A DNA stretch of 64,000 nucleotides, from the NCBI GenBank assembly GCA_002788855.1, contig PFSB01000026.1, positions 6,142-70,141 of the forward strand. The letters are read 5' to 3'. This DNA is from Candidatus Roizmanbacteria bacterium CG_4_9_14_0_2_um_filter_38_17. Lineage in GTDB: Bacteria; Patescibacteriota; Microgenomatia; GCA-00278855. Under the pieces are notes generated by a model that made no database searches, was not told the DNA's origin, and was given only the letters and a program-made list of their open reading frames with translations. The position numbers and the translations under genes are program-made. The first letter of the stretch is position 1, and every line of letters starts with the position of its first letter. Shown here piece after piece: positions 35,855-46,296 of this stretch.

Positions 35855-37570
35855 TTAGTCTTGGGCAACTCGCAGTACTTCTTCGATACTGGTTATGCCT
35901 TCAACAGCTTTAAGATAACCGTCTTGTTTCATGGTTATCATTCCTTCTTCAACTGCTTGAGCTTCAATTTTTTGGGAAGTCTGATGCTCAACAACCATAT
36001 TGGCTATTTTGTCAGATACTGGCAAGACCTCATAAATTCCAACTCTACCTAGATAGCCGCTTTGATCACACTGTTTACAGCCCTTCCCTCGTTTTAATTT
36101 AACACTATTGCTATCTGGAAGTAAAGAACCCAGAGCTTCTTTAATATCCCGTAAGACCTCCTCAGGGGGGTTGTATCCTTCTGCACAGGTTGAACAGAGT
36201 CGACGCACAATTCGTTGCCCCACAATACAGTTTACTGATGAGGATAGTAAAAAACTCTCTGCTCCCATATCTAAAGCTCGGGGAATCGCCCCAGCAGCTG
36301 TATTGGTATGAATTGTGGAAAAGACCAAATGACCAGTGAGGGCCGCTTGCACTGCAAGTTGAACAGTTTCGCTATCACGAATCTCTCCAACAAGGATAAT
36401 ATTTGGATCTTGCCTTAAAAAAGAGCGCAAACCAGAGGCAAAGGTCAAACCCGCTTGAGGGTTAATCTGAACCTGATTAATACCAGATATCTGGTATTCA
36501 ACTGGGTCTTCTAGTGTCATAATATTAACCTTGGATGTATTAAGTTTGCTCAACACTGAATACAACGTGGTTGTTTTACCAGAACCGGTGGGACCTGTAA
36601 CTAGGATAATTCCGTATGGGCGTAAGATATTTGCCTCCAAATTCTTAAGAGCACTACCACGCAGTCCAAGTTCAGTTAATGCAGGTACTCCACCGCTTTT
36701 TTTAAGCAAACGCATAACGACTTTCTCGCCATTAACTGTGGGAAGTGTGGAGACACGAAGGTCGACCTCTTTATCACCAGTTTTAAAGTTAAAACGTCCA
36801 TCCTGAGGAATACGCCGTTCATCTATCTTCATAGCAGACAGGATTTTTATACGGGACACTAGAGCTGAGTGAACACTTTTTGGAAGAATAAGTCTCTCGT
36901 GCAAAATTCCGTCAATACGATAGCGAATGCGTGTACGGTCTTCTAGTGGTTCCACATGGACATCTGAAGCCCGAGCTTGCACTGCATACTCAAGTAAAGT
37001 AGTAACAATTTTTGAAATAGGAGCCTGCCTGATCATTTCCTGAGCTGTGTCTTTTGTGGTTTTACCTTCTTCTTCGGGTAAAGCAGATTCCTTAACCGCG
37101 GCTATAATTTCAGAGGAGATGCCTTGGGTGTAGTATTGGTCTATTGCTGTTTTAATATCTGTGCTAGTAGAGAAAAAAGGGGCGATAGACATTCCTGTTT
37201 TTTTCTCTATAAAATCTATAACCTGAATATTGAATGGGTCCTGCATAGATACAGATAGTAAGTTTCTGTCTTTATCTAGTCTTAGTGGAAAAACGTTATA
37301 ACGTCTGGCGACCACTTCAGGAACATATTGGATAACTTCAGGCGAGATGGAGGCACGGTCTAACTTAATAAATGGTATACTGGATAGTTCGGCCCTGGCT
37401 TGAGTAATAGTATCCTCATTAACTATTTTTTTATCCAGCAAGAGCTGTTGAATGGGAATGCCTGTGTTTAAATATTCCAGCTTTATCTTCTCAGATAGAT
37501 CTGGAGGTATCTTGTGCGCAGCTGTTAAATTTTCCAGTAACGCGGTGCCAGTATCCATTTGGGCATACAT
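35855..37570 (-). CDS. pilB: Type IV pilus assembly ATPase PilB (GspE family)
   Basis: N-terminal GSPII_E_N domain, Walker A GPTGSGKTT, and C-terminal tetracysteine CSTC...CKQC. Confidence 0.9.
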   Translation of the reverse strand: MYAQMDTGTALLENLTAAHKIPPDLSEKIKLEYLNTGIPIQQLLLDKKIVNEDTITQARAELSSIPFIKLDRASISPEVIQYVPEVVARRYNVFPLRLDKDRNLLSVSMQDPFNIQVIDFIEKKTGMSIAPFFSTSTDIKTAIDQYYTQGISSEIIAAVKESALPEEEGKTTKDTAQEMIRQAPISKIVTTLLEYAVQARASDVHVEPLEDRTRIRYRIDGILHERLILPKSVHSALVSRIKILSAMKIDERRIPQDGRFNFKTGDKEVDLRVSTLPTVNGEKVVMRLLKKSGGVPALTELGLRGSALKNLEANILRPYGIILVTGPTGSGKTTTLYSVLSKLNTSKVNIMTLEDPVEYQISGINQVQINPQAGLTFASGLRSFLRQDPNIILVGEIRDSETVQLAVQAALTGHLVFSTIHTNTAAGAIPRALDMGAESFLLSSSVNCIVGQRIVRRLCSTCAEGYNPPEEVLRDIKEALGSLLPDSNSVKLKRGKGCKQCDQSGYLGRVGIYEVLPVSDKIANMVVEHQTSQKIEAQAVEEGMITMKQDGYLKAVEGITSIEEVLRVAQD

Positions 37571-38227
37571 GATATTATTGTACCATTAATCATGCAAAGT
37601 ATACTATTTATAGGTTCGGATGTTGGAGCTAGAAATTATAAACTTGACGCATGGGTAGCAGAGAAGGGGATTCGGGTAAGCGACGTCTATAGGATAGCTA
37701 ATAATGATAGTGTAAAGATAAGCCAAATCCGTTCCTTAACAAGCTATTTATATAAAAAACCTCTCAGTAGCACTCATCGGGTAGCAGTTGTGTATGAAGC
37801 AGAAAAATTAACAATACCCGCTCAGAACGCATTTCTAAAACTATTGGAAGAGCCACCAAAAACAGCATATATCCTCTTAGGAGCAAGAAATAAGCTAGCA
37901 CTATTGCCGACTATTGTCTCCAGATGCTTAGTAATAAATACACCCATCACTAAGCATGTATTAAAGTGTAAGGATGAGATAGAGAAATTGCTGGAAAATA
38001 TGGAAATAAAGGCCATCTTTGAAAATGCAGAAAGCTTTGGAAAGAATAAGGAAACAGCAGAGGAGTATCTACATGAACTACTATTTTATCTACAAGATAG
38101 TTTTCTAACTGGTAGAGGTGTGGAACTAGAAAAACATGCTAATCTGGCAAAACAGGTAAACTTAAGCCTTCGCATGCTTTCAGTAAACGTCAACCCCCGC
38201 CAAATCTTAGAAAACCTATTTCTATAG
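37559..38227 (+). CDS. holB: DNA polymerase III delta' subunit-like (HolB), short
   Basis: Motifs LKLLEEPPKTAYILL and TIVSRC are characteristic of clamp-loader delta'. The start may be the internal Met at about 37592. Confidence 0.6.
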   Translation: MGIHDIIVPLIMQSILFIGSDVGARNYKLDAWVAEKGIRVSDVYRIANNDSVKISQIRSLTSYLYKKPLSSTHRVAVVYEAEKLTIPAQNAFLKLLEEPPKTAYILLGARNKLALLPTIVSRCLVINTPITKHVLKCKDEIEKLLENMEIKAIFENAESFGKNKETAEEYLHELLFYLQDSFLTGRGVELEKHANLAKQVNLSLRMLSVNVNPRQILENLFL

Positions 38228-38230
38228 TTA

Positions 38231-38258
38231 GTGTCAAACGCTGGACGTTTGACACTTT
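38231..38258 (+). terminator. Hairpin GTGTCAAACG-CTGGA-CGTTTGACAC after holB
   Basis: 10-bp perfect stem immediately after the stop codon. Confidence 0.5.
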
Positions 38259-38420
38259 ACAACCTCGGGGGTTACAAATGCCTTATTAACAGCCTAAACC
38301 AAGAAGATTATTTATTTATGATAAAAAGAATTTCTGACTCATGATAGATAAATCTCCCAGAAATATTTTTTTTGCTTGAGTGTGAAATTGAATAGTATTG
38401 AATAGTATAATTAGTAGTAA

Positions 38421-38777
38421 ATGAATAAACTAACACCAGAGGAAGGGAGAGTAATAATAGATAAAAGGACAGAGGCTCCGTTTATTGGCGAGTATGTTAA
38501 TAATAAGACCACGGGTGTTTATGTTTGCAGACAGTGTGAAACACCACTATATGATTCTAAAGATAAGTTTGAATCTGATTGCGGGTGGCCAAGTTTTGAT
38601 AATGAGCTAAAAAGTGCGGTTAGCAAGAATTTGGATGCAGATGGACGACGGACTGAAATAACGTGTGCCAATTGTGGTGGTCACCTTGGACATCTATTTA
38701 TAGGTGAGCACTTAACAGATAAAAACAGTAGACATTGTGTCAACTCAATTTCAATGAAATTCATTCCGAGAAAGTAG
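38421..38777 (+). CDS. msrB: Peptide-methionine (R)-S-oxide reductase MsrB
   Basis: Two CxxC pairs and the catalytic RHCVNS motif. Confidence 0.9.
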   Translation: MNKLTPEEGRVIIDKRTEAPFIGEYVNNKTTGVYVCRQCETPLYDSKDKFESDCGWPSFDNELKSAVSKNLDADGRRTEITCANCGGHLGHLFIGEHLTDKNSRHCVNSISMKFIPRK

Positions 38778-38786
38778 TATCAATAT

Positions 38787-38812
38787 CGAGAAGCGGGTTC
38801 TCGATATTAAAA
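38787..38812 (+). terminator. Hairpin ATATCGAGAA-GCGGGT-TCTCGATAT after msrB
   Basis: 10-bp stem followed by an A/T-rich tract. Confidence 0.5.
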
Positions 38813-38869
38813 GCTAGTTCTAGTCTTTTTTCCAGAGGTGTGAACGTGGCACATCCGATGGGTGTGTAA

Positions 38870-39479
38870 TTATTGATTATTTAAAGCCCAAATTTGTTTT
38901 GCTCTATCAGGCACACTTCCTGGAGAAGCTGTGCTGTAGCAACCAGTATCAGTAGGCCAGACTGCTTTAGAATTCCAGAGTTTTAATTCACACCGCTCTG
39001 GATCAGAAGTATTTTCTAAATTTGTTAACAAATCATATTGTTGACCATCTGCAGATACTCCATATGTATATGTTAGCGCAAACCACCAAGGTGTATCATC
39101 ATTCCCAAGCTTGTTGGATGGATCTTTTGGTACTTCACTAATAAATTCCAGAAAATTATTGTCTGTTGTCAACCAGTTTGCCTCTGAGCAGTAACTAGTT
39201 GCCCAGACATTACGATATCCACCACATGAGCTAGATGCTCTTATGGGGGGGGTATGTACCGTAACTGTCGTAATAAAGCTGAAGAGCTGTGCTTATCTGT
39301 TTAATATCTGTTCTGCGACGAGCATCTCTCGCCCTTACCATTGCAGACGTGAAAGAAGTTAGACCAGTCGCTGCTAGAAGACCAATGATGGAAATTACAA
39401 CCAATAGTTCAATAAGAGTAAATCCCTTTTTATGAACATTATATTTTGGTTGATTTTTACTGCGTAAAAAGCTTTTCAT
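38870..39479 (-). pseudogene. Type IV pilin gene split by a frameshift at a G8 (coding-strand C8) homopolymer; candidate phase-variable pilin
   Basis: The 5' ORF 39231..39479 encodes MKSFL...KKG|[20 protein letters not shown]...[12 protein letters not shown]. Reading on in the -1 frame from the C8 tract gives the rest of a pilin body ([12 protein letters not shown]...CELKLWNSKAVWPTDTGCY...) through to 38870. Confidence 0.6.
39245..39252. repeat. Homopolymeric G8 tract (C8 on the coding strand) inside the pilin gene
   Basis: Read directly as ttatGGGGGGGGtatg. A length of 7 would restore the full-length pilin frame. Confidence 0.85.
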
Positions 39480-39651
39480 CTATTTTTTGTGGTAAAAGCA
39501 CTTTCTCTGATGAACTTGTTCCATGAAATAGCTCGTCTTCCAGTGGTGATAATTGGGCTTTTTTCTTTCCACCCCAAGCAAGAGATGTTATTATGATAAT
39601 CATCACTGCTATAAATCCAACTAATGCGTAGCTTATCCATTGTTTGCTCAT
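39457..39651 (-). CDS. Small hypothetical membrane protein at the head of the pilin operon
   Basis: [26 protein letters not shown] has a single TM. The longer ORF to 39687 would overlap the conserved upstream motif. Confidence 0.35.
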   Translation of the reverse strand: MSKQWISYALVGFIAVMIIIITSLAWGGKKKAQLSPLEDELFHGTSSSEKVLLPQKIDEKLFTQ

Positions 39652-39674
39652 ATTGTGATATATAACACTAATTG

Positions 39675-39720
39675 GGTAACCATTCACGAGTTTACAAAGG
39701 ATTCAAAACCGAGCTTTACA
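39675..39720. promoter_or_regulatory. Second copy of the conserved pilus-operon upstream motif GGTAACCATTCACGAGTTTACAAAGGATTCAAAACCGAGCTTTACA
   Basis: About 38 of 45 positions match the 26916-26958 copy. A partial inverted match CCTGAATGGTTACC lies at about 39829. Confidence 0.4.
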
Positions 39721-39765
39721 TGAAATGGATAGCTTGGCTTTAGAATCGGATATAATCGCTCGCTT

Positions 39766-39802
39766 AAGGCAAGGCCATTCATTTCATGAAAGGCCTTGCC
39801 TT
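39766..39802. promoter_or_regulatory. Hairpin family member C: AAGGCAAGGCC-(ATTCATTTCATGAAA)-GGCCTTGCCTT
   Basis: 11-bp perfect stem in the divergent region between the pilin operon and the zinc-ribbon gene. Confidence 0.5.
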
Positions 39803-39893
39803 GTTTCGCTCAGTTTGTTAAATCCTGAATGGTTACCTAATTGGTAGTTGCTATTTGTAGGTAGTCTAGATATACTGTTTGTTGGTTATAAGC

Positions 39894-40316
39894 ATGGGTA
39901 ATTTTAGATACGAAAATAAATCAAGGGATAATAGGGATGATCGAGGTCCAAGAAGAACTGAGCTACACGACGCTGTGTGTGATGATTGTGGTAAGAACTG
40001 TAAAGTACCTTTTAGACCAACTTCTGGTAAACCAATATTTTGTAGTGATTGCTTTGATAAAAAAGGTGGAGGAAACAATGACCGTCCAGATCGAAGAGAT
40101 TCACGCGGTGGTGATAGGAGAAATGATAGACCACGGCCACCCCACTCTAGTCCTAGTGACCCAAACATCTCACGATTAGTAGAAAAAATAGATATCCTAA
40201 ACAGCAAGCTAGATCAGATCATTGACTTAGCAAATTCTATTATTACCACCAAAGAAAGGCCAAAAAAAGTTGCTCCTGTTAAAGAAGTTATCCCAGTTGT
40301 AGAAAAGACAGCTTAG
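39894..40316 (+). CDS. Zinc-ribbon protein with Arg/Asp-rich low-complexity tail
   Basis: CDDCGK-x17-CSDC zinc ribbon, followed by DRPDRRDSRGGDRRNDRPRPP. Confidence 0.5.
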   Translation: MGNFRYENKSRDNRDDRGPRRTELHDAVCDDCGKNCKVPFRPTSGKPIFCSDCFDKKGGGNNDRPDRRDSRGGDRRNDRPRPPHSSPSDPNISRLVEKIDILNSKLDQIIDLANSIITTKERPKKVAPVKEVIPVVEKTA

Positions 40317-40329
40317 TTACTGATTTTCC

Positions 40330-42308
<1,979 letters not shown>

Positions 42309-42335
42309 CTATATGAAAGGAAGTGATTTCACAAT

Positions 42336-42842
42336 ATGAAAAATATACCAGCGGGTAAAAACCCGCCAAAATTAATAAACGTATATATTGAGATTCCTGC
42401 TGAAGGGGATATTAAGTATGAAATCGACGAAGATTCAGGAGCACTTTTTGTGGATCGTTTTGCATTTACAGCTTTTGTGTATCCGTTTAATTACGGATTC
42501 ATACCAAATACAAAAGGGGAAGATGGAGATGCATTAGATGTGTTAGTATTGTCTAGTAAAAAGGTTGCCCCAGGAGTAGTAATACCGTCCCGACCAGTTG
42601 GGATGCTAGAGATGGAAGACGAAGAGGGAATAGATACTAAAATATTAGCAGTACCTGTAGAAAAAGTTGATCCATTCATGGCACATGTGCAAGATATAAG
42701 CGATGTTACTGATCCAGTGAAGAATCAGATACGCCACTTTTTTGAGCACTATAAAGAATTAGAGCCAAATAAATGGGTTAAACTGAAAGACTGGAAGGAT
42801 AAGGCGTCTGCAATGGAGCAAATCCAGAAGTCATTGAAGTAA
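42336..42842 (+). CDS. ppa: Inorganic pyrophosphatase (family I)
   Basis: DGDALDVLV motif at a size of about 170 aa. Confidence 0.9.
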   Translation: MKNIPAGKNPPKLINVYIEIPAEGDIKYEIDEDSGALFVDRFAFTAFVYPFNYGFIPNTKGEDGDALDVLVLSSKKVAPGVVIPSRPVGMLEMEDEEGIDTKILAVPVEKVDPFMAHVQDISDVTDPVKNQIRHFFEHYKELEPNKWVKLKDWKDKASAMEQIQKSLK

Positions 42843-42849
42843 TAGTTTT

Positions 42850-45489
42850 ATGGAAACAGAAGAAAATAAAGAACAAGCCACTGGCTTGAGAGACACTAAA
42901 TTCGGTAAAATTCGTGAAGTAAATCTCACGAGTGAGGTGCAGAAGTCGTATTTAGATTATGCAATGTCTGTTATTGTGGCTCGAGCTCTTCCTGATGTTA
43001 GGGATGGGTTAAAGCCTGTGCATAGGCGGATTCTTTTCTCTATGCACAAGATGGGACAGCACCACAGCGCTAAGTACACTAAGTCAGCCAAGATCGTTGG
43101 AGAAACCATGGGAAAGTACCATCCACATGGAGATGGTCCAATTTATGGGTCTCTTGTCCGCATGGCGCAAACATTTGCAATGCGTTATCCATTAGTTGAT
43201 GGACAAGGTAACTTTGGCTCTATGGATGGAGATCCACCCGCTGCAATGCGTTACACAGAAGCTAAACTTACTAAGATTGCTGATGAGTTGTTGCTGGATA
43301 TAGATAAAGACACGGTAGATTTCGAAGACAACTTTGATGGATCACTTCAAGAACCCAATTACCTTCCGGCCCGCCTTCCTAATATGCTTCTGGCGGGAGC
43401 AGAAGGTATTGCGGTGGGAATGGCAACGAAAATTCCACCACATAATCTATCAGAAGTTGTAGATTCTTTTGTGCATTATCTAGATAATACTAACGCTAAA
43501 TATGAAGTATTAACCGAAGAAAATAAAAAAGAAGTAGCTCTAGCGTCAGTTAATGAACCATTTGTTGAAACTAAGTTTCTGGAAATCCTAAAACAGGACG
43601 TGGTGATGACTAATGATCTGACAGTCGATGATCTGTTAAAACATATTAAGGGTCCAGACTTTCCAACCGCCGGTATTATATATGGTAAAGAAGAGCTGCA
43701 TCATGCTTATGCAACTGGGAAAGGGAAAATTACGGTGCGTGCAAAAGCAGAAATTAAAGATATTGGCAATGGTAAATCAGCCATTATTGTGACAGAACTA
43801 CCATATCAGGTAAACAAAGCAAATCTTATTGCGAAGATTGCAAACTTAGTTCGTGATAAAAAACTTGAAGGGATCGTTGACCTACGAGATGAATCTGATC
43901 AAAGAGGCGTACAGGTATATATTGAACTTAAACGCGACTCAGTACCTAAAAAGACCTTAAACCAGTTGTTTAAACTTACTGAGCTACAAACTGTATATCC
44001 AATCAACATGGTGGGCTTAGTAGGAAAGCAGCCCCAGACACTAACTTTAATGCGGATTACCGAAGAGTTTGTTAAACATCGCCATAAGGTAATTAAGCGC
44101 AGATCTATATACCAGCTACGAGAAGCAAAACGTCGAGCTCATATCTTAGAAGGATTGAAGATTGCTGTAGATAATATCGATGAGATTATTGCCTTAATTA
44201 GAAAAGCACCAAATGTTGATGAGGCTAGAATCCGGCTCATGGAGAAATTTAAATTATCTGAACTGCAGGCTCAAGCAATTTTAGATATGCAGCTAAAGAA
44301 GCTTTCCGCATTGGAGAGGAAAAAAATTGACGATGAATACAAGGAGCTTGAAAAAATTATTAATGGACTCGAGAAACTACTATTGCACCCAGGTCAAATA
44401 CTAGATGATATTAAGACTGAGCTACTGGAATTAAAAGAGAAGTATGGTGATAAGAGAAGAACTAAGATTATTGCTGCTCAAGCTGGAACATTTTCCGACG
44501 AGGACTTAATCCCTAATGAAGAAATAATCGTAACTATAACCCGCGATGGATATATAAAAAGAGTTCCTGTAAGTACTTACAAGGCGCAAAGAAGGGGAGG
44601 TAAGGGTGTCTCTGGTATGACTACAAAAGAAGAAGATAGTATTGAAAAAATCATGTTCGCCAAAACCCATGACAATATCTTATTCTTTACAAACAAAGGA
44701 CGAGTGTTTCAGGATCGAGTATGGGAATTACCAGATAGCTCTAGAAAGTCCAAAGGTAAGGCAGTTGTAAATATTATTGAAGCACAGCGTGATGAAGAAG
44801 TGGCTACAATTCTAACTTATGCACCATTGAAGGATGAGCAAAAAATAGATAAGTATATATTGTTGGTGACTAAAAAAGGCACTGTCAAAAAGACAAAATT
44901 AGTAGATTTTAAGAATATTCGCACAAGCGGAATTATTGCAATGAACCTTATAGAAGGCGATCAGCTACGCTGGGCAGCCATGACTAAGGGTAACGATGAT
45001 ATTCTCTTAGCAACTAAATCTGGTATGTCTATTAGGTTTACTGAGAAAGATATCAAACCTTACTCAAGAGCAGCTCAAGGAGTAAGAGGTATTACGCTAA
45101 AGAACAAAGACGAAGTAGTAGGTATGGAGGTTTTTAGTAAAGAGATAATAAAACCAGATGATAAACGCAAAGCTGCATTTCGAGATATGTTAACTATCTC
45201 AGAGAAGGGGATCGGAAAAAGAACACCTATTGAGAAGTTTAATATCCAAAAAAGAGGAGGTATTGGAATTAAGCTTATGAAAACCAATGATAAAACCGGG
45301 CTAGTGGTTGCATCTCGCATGGTAGACAATGAAACAGATGCCGTCGTTATAACCTCATATGATGGACAGGTTATAAAACTACCTATTAAAAATGTTCCTC
45401 AACTTGGAAGAAATACCCAAGGAGTTATTATGATGCGGTTTACTAAAAAAACAGATAAAGCTGTGTCCGCAGCGCTTCTAACAAAGTAA
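42850..45489 (+). CDS. gyrA: DNA gyrase subunit A
   Basis: Catalytic Tyr region (AAMRYTEAKL), a QRDR-like segment and C-terminal beta-pinwheel repeats. Confidence 0.95.
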   Translation: METEENKEQATGLRDTKFGKIREVNLTSEVQKSYLDYAMSVIVARALPDVRDGLKPVHRRILFSMHKMGQHHSAKYTKSAKIVGETMGKYHPHGDGPIYGSLVRMAQTFAMRYPLVDGQGNFGSMDGDPPAAMRYTEAKLTKIADELLLDIDKDTVDFEDNFDGSLQEPNYLPARLPNMLLAGAEGIAVGMATKIPPHNLSEVVDSFVHYLDNTNAKYEVLTEENKKEVALASVNEPFVETKFLEILKQDVVMTNDLTVDDLLKHIKGPDFPTAGIIYGKEELHHAYATGKGKITVRAKAEIKDIGNGKSAIIVTELPYQVNKANLIAKIANLVRDKKLEGIVDLRDESDQRGVQVYIELKRDSVPKKTLNQLFKLTELQTVYPINMVGLVGKQPQTLTLMRITEEFVKHRHKVIKRRSIYQLREAKRRAHILEGLKIAVDNIDEIIALIRKAPNVDEARIRLMEKFKLSELQAQAILDMQLKKLSALERKKIDDEYKELEKIINGLEKLLLHPGQILDDIKTELLELKEKYGDKRRTKIIAAQAGTFSDEDLIPNEEIIVTITRDGYIKRVPVSTYKAQRRGGKGVSGMTTKEEDSIEKIMFAKTHDNILFFTNKGRVFQDRVWELPDSSRKSKGKAVVNIIEAQRDEEVATILTYAPLKDEQKIDKYILLVTKKGTVKKTKLVDFKNIRTSGIIAMNLIEGDQLRWAAMTKGNDDILLATKSGMSIRFTEKDIKPYSRAAQGVRGITLKNKDEVVGMEVFSKEIIKPDDKRKAAFRDMLTISEKGIGKRTPIEKFNIQKRGGIGIKLMKTNDKTGLVVASRMVDNETDAVVITSYDGQVIKLPIKNVPQLGRNTQGVIMMRFTKKTDKAVSAALLTK

Positions 45490-46290
45490 TTGATCATGCT
45501 AATTAGCGGCACATCACTTACAGCCAAATTAGACCTTCAACTTAGAGCTAAAATAGATAAACTTAGCCTAAAACCCAGACTAGCAATTGTACAAATAGGT
45601 GATAATCCTGAATCAGATAGCTATGTAGGAGCTAAGAAAAGAGGTGCTGAAAAACTTGGTATTAAAGTACACCACGTCCAGATAAAGAAGCACATATCTA
45701 CATTAGAGCTAATTTCCAAAGTCCAAGAATTAGGAAAAGATAAAAATATTCATGGAATTATTGTCCAACTACCCTTGCCTACAATCCTAGACACCAAAAG
45801 GATTATTACAGCTGTTCCGGCCAACAAAGACGTAGATGGGTTTAATCACGAATCTCCCTTCACTCCACCTGTTGCTTTAGGAGTACTTGAGATAATAAAG
45901 GCTACAGAAAAAAACTTACATAGTAAGAATATTGTTGTCTTGGGTAGAGGGATTACAGGTGGAGATACAGTTATTCGTACATTAGATAAGCTAAATATTC
46001 CTCATGTAGTTATTCATTCAAAAACCCACAATCCCGATGAAATACTAAAAAAGGCGGACATAATAATTTCAGCAGTTGGTAAGCCAGAAATTATTAAAGC
46101 AAAAGTTTTAAAACCGGGTGTTAAATTAATAAGTATAGGGATAACTAAAACTAAAAATGGATTGGTAGGGGACTACAACGAGGAAGAAATTAAAGATATA
46201 GCTAGTTTTTACACCCCCACTCCTGGAGGCATCGGCCCCCTCACCGTCCACTTCCTAATGGAAAACGTCTACGAAGCAGCTAAGAATTAA
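45490..46290 (+). CDS. folD: Bifunctional methylenetetrahydrofolate dehydrogenase/cyclohydrolase
   Basis: VQLPLP motif and PGGIGPLTVHFL. Confidence 0.85.
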   Translation: MIMLISGTSLTAKLDLQLRAKIDKLSLKPRLAIVQIGDNPESDSYVGAKKRGAEKLGIKVHHVQIKKHISTLELISKVQELGKDKNIHGIIVQLPLPTILDTKRIITAVPANKDVDGFNHESPFTPPVALGVLEIIKATEKNLHSKNIVVLGRGITGGDTVIRTLDKLNIPHVVIHSKTHNPDEILKKADIIISAVGKPEIIKAKVLKPGVKLISIGITKTKNGLVGDYNEEEIKDIASFYTPTPGGIGPLTVHFLMENVYEAAKN

Positions 46291-46296
46291 TCAATT

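Noticed and set aside
35831-36052. + strand ORF of 73 aa starting in hairpin B
   Set aside because: It overlaps the pilB 3' end in antisense and is more likely non-coding. Hairpin B explains the local sequence.
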